IMG/VR virus record: IMGVR_UViG_3300020408_000005 | Location: 6,502 to 70,501 of that record | Source: a virus | Lineage: Duplodnaviria > Caudoviricetes | Direction: 5' to 3' (one strand) | Length of the DNA stretch: 64,000 nt | In this document: positions 20,201 to 28,007 of the stretch, piece after piece | Position numbering within the stretch: the first letter of the stretch is position 1 | How the letters are laid out: each line of letters opens with the position of its first letter | Translations under genes and position numbers: made by a program | The notes under the pieces: model-generated | The model's input: only the letters and a program-made list of their open reading frames with translations | Told to the model about the DNA's origin: nothing | The model's database searches: none

Positions 20201-21474
20201 GAGTCTCTAAACTCAAGAACTTGATAGTTTGCTGTTACATTATTACCATTAACTATAGGAGAACCTTTTACATTATTCATCAGCATATAGTTGCCGAGTT
20301 CAAATGGAATTATAGAGTTCTGTAATGCTTTTGTGTCTCTTGGTTTTTGTACATCAATAAAAGTAGGAACTAGAGTTTCAATCTCATATCCTCTTACATA
20401 CGCTTTTCCTGGAGATACCTCTAACGCATAATATGCAGAACTAGATGCAATTCCACCTGGGGATGTTCTACCTGGAAGATATACACCATTATTTTCACCA
20501 TCATCTTGATGCTCACGCATTCTTAGATCAAATTCTCTAACACTATAGTCACCTGACTCGTCAAATGTTCTACGAGCAAGTTCTCTTTCTATTTCATTAT
20601 ATGCAGTTCTTTCTACGAATGATTCTATTGCTGAATCATTGATACGTAATAATTCAATAAAGTTTTTATCTGTATCATCATCAATAACTTTTTTAGTTAA
20701 TGAACAACGAATTCTAAATCTATGTGCACCAGGTGCAGAATAGTTAGATGTTCCAGTAGCATTATCATTTAATGATGGATCATCTTCTGGAGTTACAATA
20801 GATTCAAATACTTCTAGACCAACCCTATATGATGGACTATTTGTATATTGATCAAGAATAATTGTTTGCTCACTTACATCTACAAAGTAACCACGTATAA
20901 AATATACACCATTAGCAACTGTAGCAGTAGAACCAACAGCAGTTGCAGTTGTAGGTAACAACTGTGCAAACGGTGTACCAACTTCAATTAGAGTAGATCC
21001 AAAAGTAAGTTCTGCATCACATACTAACTGTTCATTTGCAGTGAAAGTTCTAGTATCACTATCTGTTCCACCAGATGTAATATATTTTAGATATAGAGTT
21101 ATATAACCACGTTCTGATTCTGTTGCTGATATAGAAAATATAACTTTTGCTTTGATGCCAGTTGTAAGACCTGTAACTATTCTTCCTTCTAACTGTGAAC
21201 GATATAATTCAACATTTGTTCCTAAGAAACTTGCTTGTAGTAATACTGCTTTTGCATCTAAATCGTAACCTATCTGTCCAGGGATGACCATTGCACCATC
21301 TTTGAACATATGAGTTCCCATCGACTCAACCTGATTTTGCATCAGTGATTGAAGCGTGGTTAATTCTCTTGCCTGTATCGGATACCCAGGACGGAATAAA
21401 ACTTTATAGAAGTTATTATCCGAACTAAAGTCGTCGTAATAGGGACTGATATTGAGGTTGGTATTCTGTGGCAT
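14281..21474 (-). CDS. Large virion structural protein, VrlC/DUF4815-like
   Basis: 2397 aa; MPQNTNLNISPYYDDF...KVLFRPGYPIQARELTTLQS, ARRTFDESGDY, FKNGFLVDNF, DPLAQSF, LFKSQNASTW. Confidence 0.85.
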   Translation of the reverse strand: MPQNTNLNISPYYDDFSSDNNFYKVLFRPGYPIQARELTTLQSLMQNQVESMGTHMFKDGAMVIPGQIGYDLDAKAVLLQASFLGTNVELYRSQLEGRIVTGLTTGIKAKVIFSISATESERGYITLYLKYITSGGTDSDTRTFTANEQLVCDAELTFGSTLIEVGTPFAQLLPTTATAVGSTATVANGVYFIRGYFVDVSEQTIILDQYTNSPSYRVGLEVFESIVTPEDDPSLNDNATGTSNYSAPGAHRFRIRCSLTKKVIDDDTDKNFIELLRINDSAIESFVERTAYNEIERELARRTFDESGDYSVREFDLRMREHQDDGENNGVYLPGRTSPGGIASSSAYYALEVSPGKAYVRGYEIETLVPTFIDVQKPRDTKALQNSIIPFELGNYMLMNNVKGSPIVNGNNVTANYQVLEFRDSAPGGSLNAAGEVIAYARCAAYEYHSGTTVTASSTVFKTYIFDIQPLTTFQMSQAVTAGQGAVIRGRTTRAKAFVVDATSAQTVFKVYQVFGTFRAGEVIEKDGVEIGTLTNSFSFQITDAKGVTGRDPDTNAITFAGDLLLDQETIISGVNFNINGTAFTGTNSNFTLDLRPGDVLTPNGVNTFTMDKIYPISANTITNNITSALNASGTASGLSNGDYSFMVRRRAQVYDKETADLLIEMPKESIKSITDESVIVARSFDDITVTGSNDFTISLPADEQFLAYDKDHYQLVELAPTAGTLIDIEPNLSFNSTGTPRTSLTVSGLTGVTSCRLITSVSKNQAEKKLKNATEMEVMKIEKTNISSDAPKYGLSYGSLYGTRIEDEEISLGSSDVYKVHAVYESLDELSAKIPFITMQDATIFQKGTIIEGQTSKAKARVVNFNSVSYVCHFVYENDKFFQLGETVQGFNANNVVINGIINDADGSIDNGSKNITQSFFLDPNQQGHYYDISKLIRFASSTKPLRKLKVVFNRFVHEATGDYFASESYVGVDYDDIPQYVENGVAKELRDVLDFRPGVTPVLSGSGTVGAPYFVNCASLDFKDRSFASGGVSNNATIIDIPKPESDFRCDYDFYLGRVDKVFLTDQQQFKVVKGISGELNEIPANIDNAMLLATMVHRPYGYSPEDVRISRENNRRFTMRDIGAIEKRVDQLEYYTSLSLLELETSSLPIKDSDGFDKFKNGFLVDNFTSFDSTDTTHEDFGASLDFQEGILRPSHYTTNVSLQFSTTQSSGVTVHDTGTITRPYTEKRFIVQPYASRVENVNPFNVFAYIGRLDLYPSSDDWVDTRRAPDRVVNMEGSYEAAMVASGADTNTGFAPVQWNSWRTNWSSTTTSSSTLHMRGNGIRQITFNVSNTTSSQTRSGLRTRITPRIDRTNIGDRVIERTVVPFIRSRNIAFKIQRLKPNTRFYSFIDNVDVNFYTSPKLLEVIKNTIEDIRTNDTPFVVGETVVGQTSQCRLKLVDPNSGFTDGLSPYDQTELPTSYASTTPYLNIDTRTMSDTVMGTYYGNPLEGEILVGETSGARAVVKPKRLVANTNGDMEGIMWIPNPAVNTNPRFATGTRVVRVTTSVTDSRVPGEVDSAAQHNYVASGVIETQQATILAVRNADVVRDTVTQDRTVNNTSLTVRDTGWYDPLAQSFLVESKGGAFLTSIDIYFRTRDERIPVSCQIREMANGYPTTKVLAFSDVTLLPSDINLSENGTIPTKFTFPSPVYVAENRDYCAVILSDSNEYKLWISRMGEDDVTSDRTISEQPYAGVLFKSQNASTWTADQYEDLKFTLYKAQFETGGSGTAWFNNAELAEGNFGISRLRLDPIETTKPEIKIILSDHVANFTIGAEITQTDVSPAPSAIVREVVQGVSGSSNAYLILDDVVGTFREGVASGASYIYRLVSSRSVGTITLTGVSGTFATGTVVTNGTGASAMVTDWNAGTGVVTVKSITGTFADGDAVTQVIASATTGSGTIGTSGTNFQGDDINDYPSAPISYFNRATEIKVRHSNHCMHDGTNSVLISGVTSEVSPTLIDSAYHTNGITASDGVTGSFQLHVMDGAAFHTVINGSTVSTSNKGYILIRDPEIPKQHFEIIEYTGISGDGKIFTLPSGSRGQAGTTAIAHSPNSIVECYNLDGIPLTEINKLHTAIGSPTLDTYKLQVSSVSSAGIVSGGFDVVATQNIQFDQLYPQLQMTVYPETDVVPRLNAVSGTSIQDGNNVTQASFINDGIYYDMIPNEDNYLDEPKMVCSQVNEDAKLSGSKSLNVQMIMTTSNANISPVLDTDRCSLITTMNRVNDLAIGSNNAESPTGDLDDAVYVTKVMNLLNPANSLRVRFEGWRHPSTEIKVMYKIVPVGTTIPVSEIGYTYFNGNGLEDKTIQKTESLLYRDFEYTFEGTEFTIAQVKIILTSSNQCYVPEIKNLRVIALSDL

Positions 21475-21477
21475 TTT

Positions 21478-23013
21478 TTAGAACTCTACAACGATTTTGA
21501 TGTCTTCAATTTGGTCGCCCGCCCTAGAGATTGCTCTCCTATTGTCTATGTAAATTACTTTACCTGAATCCTTTTTCACTTCAGGTTTGGCGTAACCAGA
21601 TGTGAATGACATACCTAAATCATATTCTGTGTTGTTTATAACACGTGTTGCTTCACCAGGAACTACAGGGAAGTTGATGTCAGGGTCAACAGATGTACCT
21701 GATCCCGAACCAACGATGGTGTTACCACCAGAGAACTCAACTTTGTTACCAGTAATCTCAGGGAATATACCATCAACTCTGTTTTGATAAAATTTCAAAA
21801 CTTTAGTTATAGAGTTCCAAGAAACTACACGACCACGAGCAGTGACTTGTTGTCCACCCACAGTACGAGTTTGAGTTATGATTTCATCAGTATTAAATGA
21901 TCCTGTGAAATCTGGAGAAAATATTACAGCGTTTGATGCTGACAAAGTAATCGCATCTGCCAATTCTTCTGTACCATACTTAAATGGGTTTAGAACTAAA
22001 CCAATACGACGATAATCATTATCAGTAGGGAAGTCTCCAGATCCCTCTGAGTATGTAAATTTAGTGTTGATCATTACACGGAAACCACCTAACTCAATAG
22101 CAGGAGTAGATCCGTGACCACCTTTAGGTGGAATAATAACGTCAATGGCACCACCAGATCCTGTACCAGAACCAATACCATTAACTTCATCAACAACAAT
22201 CTTACCGAAGGAATAGTTAGATCCTCCAGAAGTTACAGTTGCAGATACTATACGACCACCATCAACAACGATAGAAATACGTCCACCAGTTCCATCTCCT
22301 CTTAGAGGTATGTTTTCATATGTACCATTGTTATAACCAGAACCAGATGATTGGATAACAACAGTATCTATCTCTCCTCCTACAGCATCTGACTGAACAG
22401 CAGTATCAATTAATACAGGCATATAGTCTGCTGAGAAGAATTTTAGAACCTGCCCCACTGGGATGGTGTACATATACTTCCAACGATAACCATCAGCAGT
22501 GGTGATAATAGAAGTAGAAGTGCCAGTGGGTTCGATCGTACTAGGTTTACCGTTCGGATCAGAGGGTGACGTTCCATTGTAGATACATTTGTAAACTTGA
22601 TATGAACTGTTAACAACGTAGAAATCAGCATCATATAGTTTAGTAGCACCACTAGAAGCAGTCTTACTAGATGAGTAGTCATTACGATACATATCGTAAA
22701 CATAACCTAAACCACCAGTAGTTTGTTCTGGGGGTATCCAGTCAATACGACGTACAACTTGAATAGCGTCACTAGCAAGGACACGTTTCATAGAAATCAT
22801 ATCGTCATATGAATCTGAAAACTCTTGGAAAGAGTCAATAGGAGTAGGAGGATTATTCTCGTTATCCCACTCTTGAGGACGACCAATGAAAACATACAAA
22901 CGGTCACGATTTGCACCCGCAACGATGTCACTCTGAGTCGAATCTGGTCCCTCAAGTGATTTGATGAATTTTTCAGCGGTGAAAATTCTAAATTGATCGG
23001 TAAGTAATGCCAT
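21478..23013 (-). CDS. gp8: Baseplate wedge subunit gp8
   Basis: LYVFIGRPQEW, VVRRIDW, FYVVNSSYQVYKCIYNG, DGYRWKYMYTI, GKVIYIDNR...QIEDIKIVVEF. Confidence 0.9.
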   Translation of the reverse strand: MALLTDQFRIFTAEKFIKSLEGPDSTQSDIVAGANRDRLYVFIGRPQEWDNENNPPTPIDSFQEFSDSYDDMISMKRVLASDAIQVVRRIDWIPPEQTTGGLGYVYDMYRNDYSSSKTASSGATKLYDADFYVVNSSYQVYKCIYNGTSPSDPNGKPSTIEPTGTSTSIITTADGYRWKYMYTIPVGQVLKFFSADYMPVLIDTAVQSDAVGGEIDTVVIQSSGSGYNNGTYENIPLRGDGTGGRISIVVDGGRIVSATVTSGGSNYSFGKIVVDEVNGIGSGTGSGGAIDVIIPPKGGHGSTPAIELGGFRVMINTKFTYSEGSGDFPTDNDYRRIGLVLNPFKYGTEELADAITLSASNAVIFSPDFTGSFNTDEIITQTRTVGGQQVTARGRVVSWNSITKVLKFYQNRVDGIFPEITGNKVEFSGGNTIVGSGSGTSVDPDINFPVVPGEATRVINNTEYDLGMSFTSGYAKPEVKKDSGKVIYIDNRRAISRAGDQIEDIKIVVEF

Positions 23014-23035
23014 TGGATACTATGTACCTTCCTTT

Positions 23036-23043
23036 TATTTATA
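23036..23043 (-). promoter_or_regulatory. T4 late promoter TATAAATA
   Basis: Exact consensus upstream of gp8. Confidence 0.8.
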
Positions 23044-23048
23044 GTAGT

Positions 23049-24920
23049 TTAGTCAGGTTCGTTTCGGATATAGGATGGATAATTTATAAATTGGATAACA
23101 CCTATGGCACCTGACGTACCTCCAGTGATATTTTCGTTCTTATTCCAAAGATAATTTCCTGAGTTTGCAACTGGATTATTAACAACAAGAACCTTTGTAG
23201 TTGCATCCCAAGATACAACTGTTGCTGCTACTCCACTTAAACTTCCTGTGACAGTTTCACTCTGTGTAAAATTATAAGAGTTATTCATAACACGGAAAGT
23301 AAACTCAATAGTTGCTAGGTGTAGTTCTCCATCACCTAAAGCACCTGCAACTGTGACAGTAGGAGATCTAGAAGGAAGAGACGAGTCTGTCATTTGGTCT
23401 CCAACTTGGAACAATGAAGTGTTTTGTCCACCCAATGTTTCCTCAATACCATATAGAGATGATGCAATACCACCATCAAGACTGATAGCATTTGCAAATT
23501 CTGTATTAGTATTTACTAGATCAGGAATACCATCTCCTGCTCCTTGTAATTCATCATCATCTTCAAATTTTTTGTCTTGTATTAGACCAATAGGATCTGT
23601 TAACTGAACAATAGTATCACCTATAGAATCAACTAATACGTGTGGTTCAACACCAGTTTCACTAGATGCTGCTACACCACCAATAAAGTCAATAACTTGA
23701 GATAAAGTATTTGATGATCCACCGTCAATAAATGCTAATTTATCAACTTCAAATACCAAATACAGTGCACTGATCTCAGGTTTCCAGTCATATACACGAG
23801 CAATTTTGTTACTTGAACTTTCAGATGTTCTTATAACACGATCTCCAACATTAAAAACATATTGACTAATACCATCTGCATTGTTAGCAAGTGAATCTAA
23901 TGTAACTTTTTGATCATATCTAAAATTAACAGCACGGTCACATCCTACAAAAGATGTAGCAGTTTTACCCGTATATCTAATAACTTCATTACCTATTAAT
24001 ATTTTTCCAGATCCAGGATAGGGTGCAGTAGTCTCAACAAATACTGTTTGATCAGAAATACCTACATTATTAATAAGACCAGTTAAATTATATAAGAATG
24101 AGTTAAATGCTTGTCTGTTTCTAGACCTTTTTATTAAATCAGTATTCCTAGTAAAAATTACTTGGGGTTCTGATGAAAAACCACCACCAGGATCAAGAAT
24201 ATCGATTGAAGTAATAGCACCAAGATCGACAGTAGCAAGTGCTCTAGCACCACCACCTCCACCACCATTGAGTAAAATAACGGGAGGTGTCTGGAAAAAC
24301 TCACCCGCACTCGATATGTTTATTTTTTTAACAATACCAAATTCATCTACTTCTGCAACACCAGTAGCACCCTGTCCACCTCCACCAGATACAATAATAT
24401 TAATATCACCATTCTCATAATTAGCACCAGTATCTTCTAATGCTAAACCAGTAATTAATCCAGTAACAGGTCTGAGTTCAGCACCTGATCCACCACCACC
24501 TTCTATTACAGCAGTTGTAGCATCATTAAAATATTGATCACCATTCGACAACATCTGAATGTATTGAATAGAACCCGCAGGAGCAATCAGTGTTCCATCA
24601 GGTGCAACTTGATCAGTGTCATATAATATTGCTTTTGCCTTCGCACCATATCCAATTCCTGTTGTTTCAAGTTTAATTCTAAATGGATCGTATCCAGTTC
24701 CAGGATCTAATACTTTAACAGCAGCAATTTGTCCGTTAGTAATTACAGGTTCAAGTATTGCTTCTCTTAAAGGTGTACCACAATTAGTAACTTTTAATTC
24801 TGGTGGGTCGCCCGCAACATATCCAGTCCCTCCATCATTAACAAATACGTCCTTTATTCCGAACGTACTGTTAAAGATAGGTTCAATAACTGCTCCTGAT
24901 CCTGGGACTGTTCTTGCCAT
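23049..24920 (-). CDS. Virion structural protein (baseplate-associated)
   Basis: 623 aa with GxGY...P.V.I.GGGG.GA.A repeats also found in the gp7-like and gp8 proteins. Confidence 0.7.
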   Translation of the reverse strand: MARTVPGSGAVIEPIFNSTFGIKDVFVNDGGTGYVAGDPPELKVTNCGTPLREAILEPVITNGQIAAVKVLDPGTGYDPFRIKLETTGIGYGAKAKAILYDTDQVAPDGTLIAPAGSIQYIQMLSNGDQYFNDATTAVIEGGGGSGAELRPVTGLITGLALEDTGANYENGDINIIVSGGGGQGATGVAEVDEFGIVKKINISSAGEFFQTPPVILLNGGGGGGARALATVDLGAITSIDILDPGGGFSSEPQVIFTRNTDLIKRSRNRQAFNSFLYNLTGLINNVGISDQTVFVETTAPYPGSGKILIGNEVIRYTGKTATSFVGCDRAVNFRYDQKVTLDSLANNADGISQYVFNVGDRVIRTSESSSNKIARVYDWKPEISALYLVFEVDKLAFIDGGSSNTLSQVIDFIGGVAASSETGVEPHVLVDSIGDTIVQLTDPIGLIQDKKFEDDDELQGAGDGIPDLVNTNTEFANAISLDGGIASSLYGIEETLGGQNTSLFQVGDQMTDSSLPSRSPTVTVAGALGDGELHLATIEFTFRVMNNSYNFTQSETVTGSLSGVAATVVSWDATTKVLVVNNPVANSGNYLWNKNENITGGTSGAIGVIQFINYPSYIRNEPD

Positions 24921-26599
24921 TACCTAATTTCTATAGTTCCATTCATAGATGAGTGGATTGTGCATTGATAATATAGAGTGCTTGGTGCATCAAAAGGAAC
25001 TGTAAATGACTGCATAGAAGTTTGCGATCCAGAAATACCTGTAGTATATGGAGTTCCTGATAGTCCAGTTGTGGACTGAATTCTTAGTGGATGAGATGCT
25101 CCAGTAGTGTTATTAAAATCATATGTAAATCCACGATAAAGAATTATATTAGGATCTGTAGATCCTCCTGATGGTAATCCAGGTCCATTAACTGTATAGT
25201 TTGATTGTCCAACTGCACTGAATGAATATAAAAGTGTTGGAGATGGTTTATATACAGTTGCATTATTATATCCTTTAATAACACTTGCTCCCGCAGGTGC
25301 ACTAGAACCTTGACGTTTGAATCCTCTATCAACGTCTTCAAAAGTTGTACCATCATTAGCAACCTGTAGTTCACCATTAGTATCAATTTTAATTTTTTTG
25401 GTACCAATATGAATTTCAGTTCCTGTAGGAAGAACTAAGTTGTTACTTCCATCAAGTGATATTTTCTTAGTACCACCACTACCAAATCTTATCTCAGAGT
25501 TTTCTGGAACCTCTAAATTACCAGATCCGTCAAACTTAATAGACTTAGCAGCATCACCACCAAAACGAATATCTGTTCCTGTAGGTAAATCTAGGTTATT
25601 ATTTCCGTCAAACTTAAGTTCTTTAGCAGAACCAGTAGTACCAAAACGGATAGAACTTGAAGCAGGAAGTTCAAGAATTCCATCAGTATCAAATGTTATA
25701 TCACCAAAACCGAACTTTAATTTCTGTGCACCAAGATCTACAGCACCATCTTCTTGTTCAGTAATTAATTTATTTTTAGATGAAATCTTAACATTACCAG
25801 ATACTGCTAGTTCTTGTGTTTGGTTAGCAGTTCCTGTAGCACTAACTGTAACAGTACCACGAGTAGCACCTGCTTCAGCAGTAAATGATGCGAATGTTGC
25901 TTCAATTTTATTGCCATTAACATCCTCAATTTCTAAAGGTGTTCCTACTTTCATCGCACCAAAACGTAAACGAAGACCCTCTTCTTCTGTAGAGTTTTCT
26001 GACGCTAATTTAGACGTGATAGTACGAGTAGCACCTGTGTCTATACTATGAACAGTATGTTCTTTTCTCTTTCTACGAGTAATTTCTTGATCAGATCCTA
26101 TAGAAATACCTGTATCATCCATCCAAATAGTAGAACTGGATAGATATAAATCCCTAAACTTAAGTGAAGTACTACCTAAGTCATATGTGTTGTCGGTGTT
26201 TGGTAGAAAATGAGTTGAAATAACAACGTTATTAGAACCATTGTTAGTCAAGTTAGTAATGGCATTGCCCCCACCGCCACCACTACCTTGTAGGTCATCA
26301 CCAGGTTGGAATCTTGAGTTCGCTGTATTCCATTTCAATACTTGACCATTACCTATACCAGTCAAGTCAACATCAGTCAAATTAGATGATGCCAGATCTC
26401 CTTCAGTAAATACTGATCCATTCCATTTAAGGACTTGGTTTGTTGATGGTGATCCAACACTAATTTGCAAATTAGTATTATCACCAAGTTGGGTGTATAA
26501 CTCGTTAATTACATTATTAACTTTTATAGCACCGTCTCTGAGGGTATCTCCTGTACCATCATTTGCCGATAGACCGACGTTTACATTCTGCTTAGCCAT
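24920..26599 (-). CDS. gp9/gp10-type baseplate-fibre connector with C-terminal cupredoxin-like domain
   Basis: N-terminus MAKQNVNVGLSANDGTGDTLRDGAIKVNNVINELY is the T4 gp9/gp10 N-domain motif; C-terminus SHPLRI...LYYQCTIHSSMNG. Confidence 0.8.
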   Translation of the reverse strand: MAKQNVNVGLSANDGTGDTLRDGAIKVNNVINELYTQLGDNTNLQISVGSPSTNQVLKWNGSVFTEGDLASSNLTDVDLTGIGNGQVLKWNTANSRFQPGDDLQGSGGGGGNAITNLTNNGSNNVVISTHFLPNTDNTYDLGSTSLKFRDLYLSSSTIWMDDTGISIGSDQEITRRKRKEHTVHSIDTGATRTITSKLASENSTEEEGLRLRFGAMKVGTPLEIEDVNGNKIEATFASFTAEAGATRGTVTVSATGTANQTQELAVSGNVKISSKNKLITEQEDGAVDLGAQKLKFGFGDITFDTDGILELPASSSIRFGTTGSAKELKFDGNNNLDLPTGTDIRFGGDAAKSIKFDGSGNLEVPENSEIRFGSGGTKKISLDGSNNLVLPTGTEIHIGTKKIKIDTNGELQVANDGTTFEDVDRGFKRQGSSAPAGASVIKGYNNATVYKPSPTLLYSFSAVGQSNYTVNGPGLPSGGSTDPNIILYRGFTYDFNNTTGASHPLRIQSTTGLSGTPYTTGISGSQTSMQSFTVPFDAPSTLYYQCTIHSSMNGTIEIR

Positions 26600-26623
26600 A
26601 GTAGGGGGTTTTTTCTACAGTTT

Positions 26624-26631
26624 TATTTATG
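26624..26631 (-). promoter_or_regulatory. Late promoter-like CATAAATA
   Basis: ATAAATA core about 25 nt upstream of the ATG at 26599. Confidence 0.55.
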
Positions 26632-27994
26632 TCATATCAAAAGATTCTGACGTATTATCCAGAAAAACATCTTGTCTAGTAAAATCAGGATTGTTATTGT
26701 CCCGATCAAATGTAACTGGAGTCATATCGTACTTTCCAATACCAGTATCAAATTTAAGGATAGTGGAATAATCTATAGACGTTCCAGAACCTGTTACAGT
26801 AAGGATCGCCAGATTGCTTATTAAGGGTGAGTTTTGTGCCTGAGTAGATGCACCAACTGGACCAGTCAATACACATCTATAACGATAACCAGTCATAAAT
26901 GGTTGAGCATTTATTGTTAACGTTGCTGATGTATCACCAGTCAAATTAGACCAAGCAAATCCACCGTCTGTTGATACTTGCCACTGATATGCAATAGTAT
27001 CATTTTGTGGTTGTATCTCTGCCAACAAACTAAACTGTTGTGTGTTACCACTTTGAACAGTAGCATTTGTTGGTTGAAGTGTTATTACAATACTAGGGGG
27101 TTGAGAAGGAGTATCGCCACCATCATCAGTAGGTGGTGCAGTTTGTGTGAAACCATCATTAGCGGGTACTACCATTGCCTCTTTCGAGGTCAAACCCATC
27201 ATAAAAGGAAATACTGGATTTCCAGAATTATCTTCAGTAAGAAAGTATGCAAAAGTACCACTAGGATACTCAGGTGTTACACAATATCTACCATTATGTG
27301 TGTCTAACTTACCTGTTCCACCAGTATATTCATAATCTTCCATAAACACACCTGCGGGGTATGTTGTATCATATACAGGTCTTCCAGGTGCTTCTTGGAC
27401 TCTCACTGTCCATCCAGAAGACATTCTGATTACAGGTGTAGTGTTATCATTAGCATCTGTATATCCGTAAGGACCATATACAGGATAACCATCAAAACTA
27501 TAACCTATTATTTTAGAATGACCATCAGGGTGTCTAATATTATCACCATTATATTGAGATGAACCATAGTAATCATTATATCCTGCCATCACTTGATTGG
27601 CATTCCAACAATCTATGAAGTCGCTGTCGTTATAACTGTACTGACCACTTGACTGAGGATAACCACCACAACTATCTTCTCCATAATTAACAGCAGAACC
27701 AATACCCGCTGCCACGTAGGAAAAACCCGACGGGGGAGACCCATCAGTTCCTGCACTAGGATTAAAGAAGACGACACCGTTTGCAGCAATACCAATAGCA
27801 CCCAAACCGACAACCCCAGAATTAGACGTGTTTGATCCACCTCTGTAAACAAAGTTGTGGTTGAAAGAATATGATGTAATTGTGTTTGAATTGTTAGCAT
27901 TAGGAAAAGTTCCTGAGTTCACTGGAGTTGGTAAACCATCACCAGTTACTGTTAGGACATTATTGCTACTATTATAGGATCCATTTGCTGCCAT
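26627..27994 (-). CDS. YHYH-family-like virion protein with C-terminal Ig-like domain
   Basis: GAIGIAANGVVFFN, HSKIIGYSFDGYPVYGPYG, LDTHNGRYCVTPEYP.GTFAYF; Ig-like ITLQP...YQWQ...YRCV. Confidence 0.8.
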   Translation of the reverse strand: MAANGSYNSSNNVLTVTGDGLPTPVNSGTFPNANNSNTITSYSFNHNFVYRGGSNTSNSGVVGLGAIGIAANGVVFFNPSAGTDGSPPSGFSYVAAGIGSAVNYGEDSCGGYPQSSGQYSYNDSDFIDCWNANQVMAGYNDYYGSSQYNGDNIRHPDGHSKIIGYSFDGYPVYGPYGYTDANDNTTPVIRMSSGWTVRVQEAPGRPVYDTTYPAGVFMEDYEYTGGTGKLDTHNGRYCVTPEYPSGTFAYFLTEDNSGNPVFPFMMGLTSKEAMVVPANDGFTQTAPPTDDGGDTPSQPPSIVITLQPTNATVQSGNTQQFSLLAEIQPQNDTIAYQWQVSTDGGFAWSNLTGDTSATLTINAQPFMTGYRYRCVLTGPVGASTQAQNSPLISNLAILTVTGSGTSIDYSTILKFDTGIGKYDMTPVTFDRDNNNPDFTRQDVFLDNTSESFDMT

Positions 27995-27999
27995 AGTAG

Positions 28000-28007
28000 T
28001 ATTTAGT
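28000..28007 (-). promoter_or_regulatory. Late promoter-like ACTAAATA
   Basis: TAAATA core overlapping the gp7 stop, immediately upstream of the ATG at 27994. Confidence 0.4.
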
